64,000 nt of DNA from Camelus dromedarius. Lineage: Eukaryota. The notes beneath the pieces were generated by a model. That model was not told the origin of the DNA, searched no databases, and saw only the letters and a list, made by a program, of their open reading frames with translations. The stretch is from positions 2,790,001-2,854,000 of the forward strand of contig NC_087462.1 in the NCBI RefSeq assembly GCF_036321535.1, given 5' to 3'. The translations under genes were made by a program, and so were the position numbers. This document shows positions 12,750-25,400 of the stretch, piece by piece; within the stretch, counting starts at the first letter, position 1, and each line of letters opens with the position of its first letter.

Positions 12750-13470
12750 AACAAATCCGGAAATGTCGCGACCACCGGCCACGTCGAAATTTTAACGAGA
12801 CGCCGCTCACCTCTAGGGGGCCAGCACCTCCCGGAACCTTTGTTGTGCACCACCGAGTTTGCAACTCGGAAGGGAAGACAGAATGGTTAGGACCTTGACA
12901 GGCGGGCTTATAACCAATGAAAAGGAGAGCTGTGTGTGCCGCAGCCAATAAGAGCGGGTGGAGGATGTGACGTAGTCGGAAACATGGGACGGACGATCGG
13001 GGAAGTTCGATAAGCACCAAGCGTAACCAGTACGTTCGTGCTAGTGACAAGAATAGGAGGCAAAGATGTCGGAGCGAAAAGTTTTAAACGTAAGTGTTGG
13101 GCGATTAGGGCTTTTACTCGGGGCGGGACATTTCGGAACTCTGGTCGTGGTGGGCTTTCGGTATCTTTGCCTTCTTCCCCAACGGCCTTCCGCAGGCGGG
13201 CTTTTCCAAACTCCTCCCAATCACTTTCCGCGGGGGGTGGGCCTTCGCTACACCTTCCCCTCCAGGCTGGGCTGTACCCAATCACCTGTGGGGGCGGAGC
13301 TTGGGGTAGCTAGTCAATCACTTCTCCTGATTGGGTTGTCCTAGGGAATTATCCAATCACTTCTATTGGGGGCGGAGATTCCGTAAATCATTGGTATGCC
13401 CACTCTACACCCTCACGTTCAGGAGGCGTGGCTCTGTTAACCCCGCCCCACTTGGGGTCTCTAGCCAATC
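12750..13470 (+). promoter_or_regulatory. YJU2 CpG-island promoter with CCAAT, GC, CRE and ETS motifs
   Basis: High CpG density around the ATG. CCAAT at 12914 and 12945 (31 bp apart), TGACGT at 12968, plus further CCAAT and GGGCGG boxes in intron 1. Confidence 0.8.
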
Positions 13471-16400
13471 GTGTTCCTTGGAGGGGTTAGACTTTGCTAA
13501 ACACTTCTGCTCTGTTGTCAGAGGTGCCCTTCCAGTTGCCGCAATTTCTCCCAGCTCTGTTGAGGGAAACCAGGACTCTTGGGGTTTAGAGGGGGTGTCT
13601 GGAAGGCAGGATTCAGCTTCTGGAGAAGAGAGCTCCGGAATTCTAAGTCCCTGTTTCCCACTCTCCAGGAGGGTATGTGCTCCCAGGAAGGGGATGAGCT
13701 CCCCGGCATGGGAGTGTGTAAGCTCAAGATGTCAGGACGGAGTAGACAGCAGACCTCCAGACTGATGGCTTGGAGCCCAGGTTTCCGAGGTCAGGTTGAT
13801 GTCCCCTTCCTGTGACTCAGTGCCCTAATCTTTTAAACACCTATGTTAGGGATCCAGCCCTAGCCACCCCACATTCTACTGCAGCGTGCTAGACTTCGTG
13901 TCCTGAAAGTCTTTCCATTCTGAGGATCCAACTGGGGGCCCATCTATTTCCATAACTTGTTGGTTGATACTTCTATTTGCCAGCCATTTCTCTAAGTGCC
14001 ATACTTAACAAGTCCTCGCAGGTGGACAGGTTATCCGTTCTTCAGATGAGGCAATTGAGGCCCAGAGAGGTTATATAATAGCCAGGGAGTAGAGGACTCA
14101 AACCCATCCCCCCCCCCCCAGCTCTGTAATTCATCTAATTCATCACTATACTACAGTTTCCCAGAGTCATGTCTCTAGGTCTGAATCCTGGCTCTGCTGC
14201 TTACGTTGTGTGATCTCCAGCAGCTGAAACCACTGGGATTCAATTTCCTGTTGTGTAAAATGGGTACATCACTCTCATCTCATGGAATCTTTGCAAGGAT
14301 TCTATGAGGCAAGGAATATAAATCTCTCTAAAAAGCAGCTGACACCAAGTAGGTGCTCAAAATGCAAAGTGCTTTATTTTCTGATTATCCTACATAGTTA
14401 TTTTTTTCATAATCCAAACTCACCTCCTCCACATCTCTCATCCCAGGCTCCTGTGCAGGAAGAGTTAATACAGCAGGCCTGAGACACCTGTCCTTGCAAA
14501 GTCTGGCTTGCAATGTTGGACCTGGCTGGCATCTGTGAACTTGAATTTCAGGATGGTTCCCACTGTTCTCTGAAAAGAATGGCTCCCTGAGCTTAAACTG
14601 TGTACAGACAATGTGGTTTCGCTGAGCATCTGCTCCCCTCCTGGATTCTGGCCTCTTTGTACATGCCAGGCAGAGATGCCTGCATGATCGGCCCCCAGTG
14701 AAAACCCTGGGGACTAGGTCCCCACGAACTTCCCTGGGAGACATTCCACATGTATCATCACAGTTCATCCCTGGGGAACCTGACTCCATCAGGAGAAGAC
14801 TCTGGAAGTTTGTGTCTGGTCTCCCTGGGCCCCACCCCATGTGCCTTTTCCCTCTGCTGATTTTCTTCTCTGTCCTTCTGCTGTGATGAATAGTAGCTGT
14901 GAACACAAGTGTGTGTGGAGTTGTACGAATCCTCTCACCAAATCATCGAACCTGGGGGTGGTCTTGGAGATCTGGACACAACTCCCCAGAGCCCCTTCCC
15001 TCTGCCCCTGGCCTACCCGTGCATCTAAAAGCAGCTCCCCTGACCCTTCCTTTGTCCCCACAGAAATACTACCCGCCTGACTTCGACCCATCGAAGATCC
15101 CCAAGCTCAAGCTGCCCAAAGACCGGCAGTACGTGGTGCGGCTGATGGCCCCCTTCAACATGAGGTGAGCGACGCTGCAGGTCCCGTGCACTGGTCAGGG
15201 CAGACAGACCCAGTGCCCGGCGTCCACAGGGCGCAGCCCATCCCCAGTGCTCAAACCAGGTCACCAGTCCTGGCTCAGGCATGGACCCAGTGAGAGAGTG
15301 ACCGTGCCAGACCTTGTTTTGCTGCCATTCAGGATTAATCTCTCTGACCTCTCAGAGCTCCTGGCTGGCTCTGGCCTCGAGATCCTGATCAGCGGTAGTA
15401 AAAGTGTTTACCATGTATTCACTCCCTCCAACAGCCTGGTCCGCTGCTGCCCCAGGACCTTTGCACAAGCTGTTAAGCTGTTCCCTCTGCCTGGAACATT
15501 CTTCCTTCTGCTCTCATGTGGCTGGCTCTTCTTCACCCTTCAGGGCTTGGCTTAAATCTCACCCCTTCAGAGAGGTCCTCCTGACCCCCGCCCAACCCTC
15601 TCTATTCTCCCCTAACTCCCAGTAGTCCCCAGACCTGGTCCTTTATACCACCTCGGAATTACCAGAGCTCTCCAATTCTAAGCCCCACAGTTTTTCACAC
15701 TTTAGCCTGCTGGAAATGAAGTAGTGATCAGAGACACCTTTGTTAAACTCAGCACCTGTTTACATGTTACTGATCTGCTGCTTTTCTCTCTCTTCTTCCT
15801 TTCTTCATTTTTACCCCTCAGCAGTCAGTTTTTTGGCACCTGCTGTGTGCCGGAGCCTAGGCTGTGTGCCAGGGACACAGTAGGGATCAGGACTTGACCC
15901 CAGGGACCCCAGTCTGGTGGGAAGCAGAGATAACAAACAGGTGCTCAGGCTTATTCACGAGAGGCGTTTCTAGGACTCGTCAGTCACCGTGAGAGAGAGT
16001 GACTGGTTGGGGCAGGGAAGCAGGGCTGCTTCGCTGGGGTGGTCAGGGAAATATCAGAAGACATGCCAGTGGAACTGGGACCTGAAGAGTGAAGGGTGTC
16101 ACGGGCGGTGGGAATTGCCAGGGCCAAGGCCCGGAGGTGGGACCAAGCCAGAGTGTTTGTAGGATCAGCCAGGAGGTTGGTGTTCTGGGCCCAGGGACGG
16201 GCTGAGGGAGGGCAGGGGGTCAGGACCTCTGCCTTGCTCCCAGTGGCTTTCCTTTTGGTGGAATCTCCCCCCTTGAGGTCAGGATGCCCTGTGAACATCA
16301 GGCTTGCTTCCAGGAGTATGTGACAGGTGAGTCTCACCTAGTCTGCATGGTCTGGGTGCTTCTCAAGAAGGCGACACTTGGGCCGAGACCTGGGTGGATA

Positions 16401-19400
16401 TTAGTGATAAGAGTGTGCCAGCTAAGAGAAATCTGTACACATAGTGGGCCAGGCTCCTTGGGAGGGAGGGAGCTCCCCATCCCGGGAGGCATGTAAGCAG
16501 CCATCTGCCAGGTAAGGCTAAGGCATCCTACCGGTAGGAACCAGGGTCCCGACCTGGCTTGAGTCCCCATCCTGCCCCACAGGTGTAAGACATGTGGAGA
16601 GTACATCTACAAGGGCAAGAAGTTCAACGCTCGCAAAGAGACGGTGCAGAACGAGGCCTACCTGGGCCTGCCCATCTTCCGCTTCTACATCAAGTGCACG
16701 CGCTGCCTGGCAGAGATCACCTTCAAGGTAGGCGGCCAGTTGGGCCTATCCCTCCTCCCCTGGGGTCACCGCTCCTGTCCTCTCCTTCCTAGGAAATCCA
16801 GGAAATGGCAAATGTTTGGGGAGAAGTTCCCGGCAGTGCTGTTTATAAAGGCAAAAACCCAGAAGCAGCCTAGCTGTACAATCATGAGGGATTCAGCAGA
16901 CAAACTGCTATACGGTGGGATAGTTCCCGCCAGCAGGGTCACGCTGTCACTGCAACTGTTACCCCAAGGGTGGCATTAAAGATGTGGAGAAAGGATGAAG
17001 AGAACCTACAGCTTTCTCTTCACATACTTCACAAGTACCGTTGGAGTGTTTTGTTTTGTTTTTTGCCAGAGGCTTTTTTCGTTCAGTTAAAAACCAAGAT
17101 TTTAGTGGGGAGGGTACAGCTCAGTGGCAGAGCATGTGCTCAGCATGCACAAGATCCTGGGTTCAGTCCCCAGCACCTCCATTAAAAAATAAATAAACTT
17201 GCAGAGGAGGGTATAGCTCAAGTGGTAGAGCGCATGCTTAGCATACAGAAGGTCCTGGGTTCAATCCCCAGTACCTCCTCTAAAAGTAAGTAAGTAAGTC
17301 TAATTATCTCTCTCGCCAAAAAAAAAAAAAAAATCCTATTAAATAAATAAGTAAACTTAATTGCTTCCCCTCCCCCTCCCAAAAAATCCCTCAAAACAAC
17401 AACAAAAAAAACCCACAAGATTTTGAATAAACAACAAGGTCCTACCGTGTAGCACAGGCACTTGCACTCATGACCTCGTAACGGCCTATAATGAGACGGG
17501 ATATGAACAAGGGATGGATTTATGTGTATGTATAACTGAATCACTGTGCTGTATGCCAGAAATTAACACAGCATTGTAAACTATAATTCAATAAAAAAGA
17601 CCCAGATTTGATTAAAATAAACAGAGTACATTTGAAAATTATGTATTTTAATTATTTACTTTTTTGACAACAGCTTTATGAGATGATTTATATGCCATAC
17701 AATTCACCCTTTTAAGTGTGTAATTCAGTGGTTTTTTAGTATATTCCTAATGTCGTAAACTGTCTCCTCTGCCTGATTCCAGGACATTCTCAACAGCCCC
17801 AAAATAAGCCCCATCCCCATTAGCAGTCTCTCCCCATCTCCCCCCACCAGCCCCTGGGACCCAGGAACCTACTCTTTGTCCCTGTGGACTGGCCTGCTCT
17901 GGACATTTCACATCCATGGAGTCACACATTGTGTGTCCTTCTGTGTCTGCTTCTCTCACTGAGCATCGAGTCCTCAGGGTTCATCCAAGTTGTAATGAAT
18001 GTCAGTGCTTCACTCCTTTTTAAGGCCAAATAATATTTCACTCTGTGGATGGACTGTGTTTTGTTTATCCACTCATCAGCTAATGGACATTGGGGTTGAT
18101 ATGTCCTGAAAATGATATTTTTAACCTGAATTGTGGAATATGTATATATTTAGATATTAATGAATACACGTGACTTTTTTACAGACTGGAGTATCTATGG
18201 CACAGTGTTACAGACTGGCCTTTCTTGTGAAGAATTTCAGTTGATTAAATAACTAGGATTACACATATATGTGTATGTGTGCGTGTGTGAGCATGTGGTA
18301 AAAACAGAATTCAAGCAGTGCTTTTGAAATAGTACACTTCTTGTTCTGGAATACTTTTAGGCTTGCAGAGAAGTTGCACAGACAGCACACAGAGGCCCCA
18401 TCTGCCCCCACCAGCTTCCCCTCCTGCTATTACCTTCCGTTTCCACAGGACACCTGTCGCACAAGAAACCAACACTGGAACATTACTGTTAACCAAATTC
18501 CAGACATGGTGTGGATTTCAGCATTTCCACTAATGTCCTCGTTCTGTTCCAGGGTCTTATCCAGGATGCAACGTTGTATTTTGCCTCTCTGCTTTATAAA
18601 TGCAAATGGGAGCATACCCTGTGTGTACTTGATGTGTAATTTATAATCAAGGGAAAAACGTCAAGTGTGCATGCGTACACACACAACAGAAGGGAAATGT
18701 GCAGAGGCCCAGAGACTTTTATTTGCAAATGTGGGGGGTGAAAGGTAGCAGGGAGGCAGTAGGCAGGTGGAGAAGGGACTGAAATTCCATGCTAGGGAGT
18801 TCAGCGTTTCTGTAGAAGGACACAGGAGCACTAGAAAGAAAGAACTGTTCTATCCAAAGCAATAAGACAAGAAAAGAAAGAATCAATATTAGGAGGAGTG
18901 AAGCACAGAGAGGTGTCCGAGGCTGCTGGCTGCTGTTTAGTAGCAGAAGCTTCGATGCCCAGGGACTTACGAGCTGACATCTGCCCATCCTCCCTCCCAG
19001 ACAGACCCTGAAAACACAGACTACACCATGGAGCACGGAGCCACGCGGAACTTCCAGGCCGAGAAGCTCCTGGAGGAGGAAGAGAAGAGGGTACAGAAAG
19101 AGCGGGAGGACGAAGAGCTGAACAACCCCATGAAGGTGAGCCAGGTGCCACGTGTGCGTGCGTGGCTGCACACGTGTGTGTGTGCATGCGTGCATGGATG
19201 CTGGTGGAGTCGGTGCCCCTTCCTGCCTCAGGCCTCTGGGCAGGGTGATGGGGTGGGGAGTGTGGTCAGCAGAACTCTTAAGATGTCCCCAAGACCCCCA
19301 CCTCCTGGTCACACGCCCTGCATAGTCCTGGGACTGGGTATACTAGGGTCTGCTCCTGTGATCACATATGTTAGATTGAACTGCAGCCCAGTTGTTGCCC

Positions 19401-22400
19401 TCAGGAAAGGGAGATCACATGAAAGGGAGACAGGTGGACCTGGCCTGTCACCTGAGCGCATTAGTCTGGGTCTAGAGTCAGAGACAGAGGACATCAGAGA
19501 TGTGAAGGAGTGACACTGTGGAGAAGGCCACATGGCAGAGAAGGTGGGCAGTGTCTAGATGCTGAGAATGGCCCCCGGCCCCCAGCCAGCAGGAAGGCGG
19601 GGATCTCAGTCCCACAACCACGAGGAACTAAATTCTCCAGCAGCCTGGGCAAGCTCAGAAGAGGGCCCTGGGCCCTTAACCTCAGCCTAGTGAGACCCTG
19701 CTGGAAAACCCAGCCACGCCAGGCCAGACTTCCAACGCACAGAAACCGTGAGACAGTGAATTCCTGCTGTGTTAAGCCACTGGGCTGGTGGCAAATTGTT
19801 GCACAGCAAGAGAGAACAGACTCAGGGAGCCAGGAAGTTGGACTTCAGAACACAAGGTACTTCCTGCAGGCGGCTACCCTACAGTTTTCTACAGAGGTTC
19901 CCGTGACCTGTTAGACCAGTAAGGGGGTTAAGTCTAGGTTATAGAAGGAAAAGTTCTCTTGACCATTCCTTGGCTATGTGACCTTGGCCAAGGCACGTGG
20001 CCTCTCTGTGCCTTAGCGTCCTCATCTGTAAAATGAGATCGAAACTGTCCCCTCCTTATGTGCCTGTGGTGAGGATTAAATGAGCTCATACACATAAAAC
20101 TGAGGACGGGGCCTGGCACATAGTCAGTAGTCCATAAATGTGCAGACTGTTGTTATTCCTTAAAGAAATTATTTTCATCTGTAACTGGACATTTTTGCTA
20201 CTTTTCTCAGAAATACTGAATGTCCGTGTTCCCTCCTGTCTTCTCTCGCCCCGTAATCCTCCTCTATTCCTGGTCCCTCCCGCCTCTACCAGTTATGATC
20301 TGATCTGACTCTTCAGTGGCTGCACAGAGCAGCAGGGAAAGAAATGGGCCTTAGAGACAGTTTGCTGTGTGCCCAGAGCTGCTCCAGTGCTGTCCGTGTG
20401 CAGCTCCAGTTACCGCTACACTGGCCAGCAAGGGCTTGTTACCCTGGTATGGGTTAGCTGTCCCTGTGTAACAAGTTACCTCAAAACTTTGCAACTTCAA
20501 ACGTTTATTACAACTTGAAATGTTTATCATCCCACAGTTTTTGAGGGTCAGGAATCCAAGAATAGCTTTGCTGGATGGTTCTGGTGTGGGGTCCCTCACA
20601 CAGTCACAGTAAATCTGTCGGCCGGGGCTGCCTCACCTGAGGGCTGAAGGAGCTGCTTCCAGGACGGCTCCCACGTGTGGCTGTGGGCTGGGGGCCTCAG
20701 CTCCTCTCCACGTGGGCCCTTCCGCAGCTCGAGCCCCCTCACAGTGTGGGGGCCGCCCCCCTCCCCTGGTGAGAGTCCTAGAGAGAACAAGGAGCAGCCC
20801 AGGGCCTTCTGTGTCTCTGAAGTGACACACATCATTGGTCCTATTCTGTTCCTTAGAAGCGAGTCACTGAACCAGCCCTCCCTCCGTGGGAGAGGAATTA
20901 GGCCAAAGAACGTGTGACCGTGTTTCCAAACCACCACGAACGCCAGAGCTTTCCCAGAGGGCTAACACAACAAGGCGACAGAGCCAGGAAGGAGTCACAC
21001 CCAGCCCTGCCGGGCTCCAGAGCCACCTCTCGGACACCTGGGGGGACCAGCCCCGCCTCTTTGAGCCTCAGTTTCCTTGGCTGTAAAATGGGGTTGTTGC
21101 AAAGAGTAAATGACGTTATGTTTGGAAACACCTCAGCCTGGCACCTGGCACATGGCAGTTGCTCAGGTTGTCTTTGTTAATCTGCTTTATTATTTTTACT
21201 GAGTGACAGAGCCAGGCTGGATGTCCAGGCCACCTGGCTCCACCACTGACCAGCCACATGGCCTCAGGCAGTCCCTTGCCCTCCCAGAAACTCAGTGTTC
21301 CAAGCTGTGAAATGGGTACAGTGACGGGACCAGGCGCTGTGGATCGAGGCACCAGGGTGTGGTGTCCTTGCCTTGCCCCTGTGACCCCCGAGGCCAGACA
21401 GGCTGTGTGGCAGGGTGAGGCCCTAGCACACTGAGCCCAGTGTCTTCCTGCCCGTCAGGTGCTGGAGAACAGAACCAAGGACTCCAAGCTGGAGATGGAG
21501 GTGCTGGAGAACCTGCAGGAGCTCAAGGACCTGAACCAGCGGCAGGCGCACGTGGACTTCGAGGCCATGCTGCGGCAGCACCGCCTGTCGGAGGAGGAGC
21601 GGCAGAAGCAGGAGCAGGAGGAGGACGAGAGGGAGGCGGCGTGAGTCGGGGCGCGAGTCATGGAGGGCAGGGCCGCAGTCCCGGGAGCCCTGGGTGTGCC
21701 CACCAAGCGCACAGCCCTCGTAGGTCCCTTCCTTCTGCCTGGAATTCCCCGTCCGGATCTTTCCACGGCCCCCTCAAGGGTCACCTTCTCAGGGAGGCCT
21801 TCCCTGCACCCCTCATCTCACGTTCTCTTTCATGGCATCTGTATCGGGGCCCCAAGACCACCCCCAGGTTCAATGGCTAATTGTAGTGAAGTTACAGAGA
21901 AACATCAGCAGAGGGGAAAGGTGCCTGGGGCAGAGTCGGGGGACCGGGTGCAAGCTGTCCTCTCCCGGTGGCATCCCACAGGACGGGCTTAATTCCCCCA
22001 AAACGAGATGGGACAGTGCAAGTGAGCTGTCATGCCCAGGGGGACTCATGAGACCCAGTCACGCAAGCACCTCTGTCCAGCACGGCTGAGACCCCAGGCT
22101 CCGAGAGGAGAGCAGGTGCCTGTGTAGACCCCATGTTTGCACAGACAGTGCAGGGACAGGGAGCCCCTCATCAGCAAGGGTGGCAGGAGCCCCAGGCCTA
22201 GTTCCAGACACCCCCAAGGGCCAGGCTGGTGAGCAGTCTTCGCAAGACATGGCCTCAGGCCTGTTGTGTTCATGCTTCTGCACGACATCTCCCGCTGTCC
22301 AGAGCCATCTTGCTGATTCACCCCTTTCCAGATCTATCGTGTCTTCCCTCGAGAGTCTGAACAGGGACTTGGTTTGGCTTCTGGCTCCGGGGCCTGGAAC

Positions 22401-25400
22401 AGGGTCAGGCACGTAGTAGGTGCGCAGTCGGCACTGTTGGGTTGGCAGATCGGTGATTCCATGACTAGCAGGGAGCGGTGTCTGCATTTATCGAGCCCCT
22501 TCTGGGTGCCAGGCTATTTGGGGTTTGGCCCCATCATTATGGTGGTCGAGAGAACTGAGGTATAGGGAGCTCCAGGCACAGCCCTGACCGAGATCCCCCA
22601 GCTGGGGTTCGAATCCAGACAGCCTGGTTCCAGCCTCCAGGCACTTAACCACCCCACTGGGCCCAGTAGACAAAGCACTTTTACTTTTTTAAGGTATTTG
22701 TGTACCCTGCATCCCCTGCTCAGTGAGGTCAGGGAAGCACGCCTCAGCAGGTGGGGAAGGGACTGTGTGTCTCAGCCACTGCCCCCCACCAGAGTGCATC
22801 CCCAAGTCCCATGTTCCATCCCGCAGCACCTTAGTGGAAGAATCTAGGAAACGAAGACTCCTGGAAGACTCTGATTCAGACGAGGGTGATCCTCCCTGCC
22901 AGCCCCGGCCGGCTGTCCGGCCCAACCCCACTGCCATCCTGGACGAGGTGAGTGGGGCTGCCTGCATCTCCACCCACTCACAGGTTAAGCAGGAACCAAG
23001 TGAACCAGGGTTTGGCTTAACTTTGTCTTGAAAGAGGAGTCTGGGTCGTAAATGCTCACCTCTGCCATCGTAGCACAAAATAGGCATAGATCATGTGTAA
23101 ATAAGCCAGCGTGGCCATGTGCCAATAAAACTTTATTTACAAAGACAGGTGGTAGGCCCTGTGGATCAGTAGTTTTGCACCCCTGCTTCAGCTGCAGAAA
23201 CCAGGAGACTCCCCAAGTTGTGGACTCCCGGGCAGCCCTGCTCCATGCGATCATTCAGGGATGCAGGCTCCCCCGCATCTTGTTCTGCCCTGTCCTGGAA
23301 CGTGGATTCCAGCTCCGTGGTTACAGTTGGCTCAGCGCACCCTGGGGTTCCCGCTGCAGGAAGGCTGAGGGTGTGCGGAGGAACGCCTGCAAGCAGCCCG
23401 AGGCCCGGATTCAGATGCAGCCCACCTCCACTCCCCTCCAGGCCCAGGGCTGGACGTGGTCACGGGGCAATATCTGCCGCAGTGGAAGCTGGCAGCTGCC
23501 GCCTCCAGCTGCCGGCGTTGGCAGACAGATGGCAAGAAGAGGGTTTGGCCGGGAGGGGCCAGGGATGACTGGCATTTTCCAGCATGGCCGTCTTACCCAA
23601 GGTGGTCAGGGCCACTCGGTTTTGTTAATCGAAGGAGAGGGGTTAAAGTGGGAAATTGTAAATAACACAGACACCCCAGAGTGTTTCTATTTTAATTCAA
23701 ACCGTGTTTGTGGTCTGTATTAGTTAAATACAAGTCTAACCACTGGACACCACCCAAAGGAACAGCGGTTTCAACTGCACAGAAGTTACTTTTCTCTGAA
23801 ACAACAGTTGTACAGGGCCATGCAGAACAGGGAGGGTGGTTCCCTGGTGTCCCGGGCCCAGGAGGCCTCCTCATTGTCCTGCCGTTCCAAGCATGGTGCC
23901 CTCACTGCAAGGCAGCTCAGTGCCACGTCTGCATCCCAGCCAGTGGGAAGGATAGGGCAGGGGAGGAGGGCCTGGAGGGTCCACATACCCTGGGCTGAGC
24001 ACATCCCTCTGCTCACACCCCATTGGTCAGAACTGGACCACCCGACCACACCCCACTGCAAAGGGGCCTGGGAAATGTAGTCTTTCGTGGCACAGCCATG
24101 TTTCAGCTGAGAATTCCAAGCGTGGGTTTGCAGGCCACTCACTCTCACCCATTAATCTTTTGACATAGGACCTAGATGTTTTTTTTGAGGCTGTATCCCC
24201 TGGTTAGAGTTCTCACACTGTCTTGTACCCTCAGGATTCATTGTCTAAAATTTCCTCTTTATTTTTTTCTTTCAAGTGGAGGAAGAGATTGAAGGTTCTC
24301 TCAGCGCAGTCTGACCTTTTATGATTTTCCCCGTCTTTTTTTATAGTTACCTTGTTTGTCACTAATTTGATGGTAGACCTTCTGTTTTCTTTTGTTTTAC
24401 ACAAACTTCCCTATAACCCTTAGGGAAGCACCTCTTTTTTTAGCCCTCTCTTTCCCTTGGTTTAGTTTAATCCCACAAGCACCTGGCTTAAACAGGCTTG
24501 GGGTCGAATACACGCAGCTCTCAGCGCCCAGCCCGACACCGGGGCCCGTAACGGTGCTTGACAAGAGGTGAAGGACAGCAGTTATTCCGCCAGTCAGCTC
24601 GGTGGTGCCGGATAAGAAAGGTTCAGCTGGGACTGCCAGTCTCTCTCTGTCCCTGCCCCGGACTGCGTCTGTCCTGGTCACCACACACAGGGAATGCAGG
24701 GTGGCCACTGTGTCCTCCTCCTCCCCCCACCCCACCACTCCAGTCGCACCAGCCCCCTGAATGGGCCAGGCCCAGTCCCCCCCCCACCTTTGCCTAGAGC
24801 GCCCTCCCTTGCATCTCCTCGTCTGACCTCAGCACAAGGGCACCTCTCTGATGAAACCTCTGCTGACCAGCTTAGCAGCAGTGGCCGCCCCCCTGTACAC
24901 TGTCACACCACCCTGACTTCTTTCTTTCACACCACTGGTCTGATGACTGTGTCCTTGTCATCTGCTTGCTCACCCACCCTCGTTGGCCCCTGTGGTGAGC
25001 TCCCCTGCACCCCCAGCTCCTGGCTCTGACGGCCTCCTGTACCCAGTGGTTTCCAGTTCCTCTATTTAAACATCAAACAGATGCAAGGGGTCCCTCCTGG
25101 TGAGATAAAAGAGCTGGAGGTGGGGCTGAGTCTCTTTCTGCTTCCCCCTAACTAGTTCCCAGTGTGGGTTCCTGCATCTTCCATCATTCCTTAGAACATG
25201 TTGAGCACCTAATACAGACCTAGCAGTGAACAAGACAGCACTCCACCGCGTGGTTGAGGAGGCAGTTAATAAGGCAGTAGAGGGCACTGTGGTCACAGAC
25301 ATGCAGCACTTACTTGAACTACGGGGAAAGGCTTCCCAGGAGAGCAGATACTTGCGTTGGGTATTGAAGGATGAGTAGGGGTTCACCAAGTGAACTAGAA

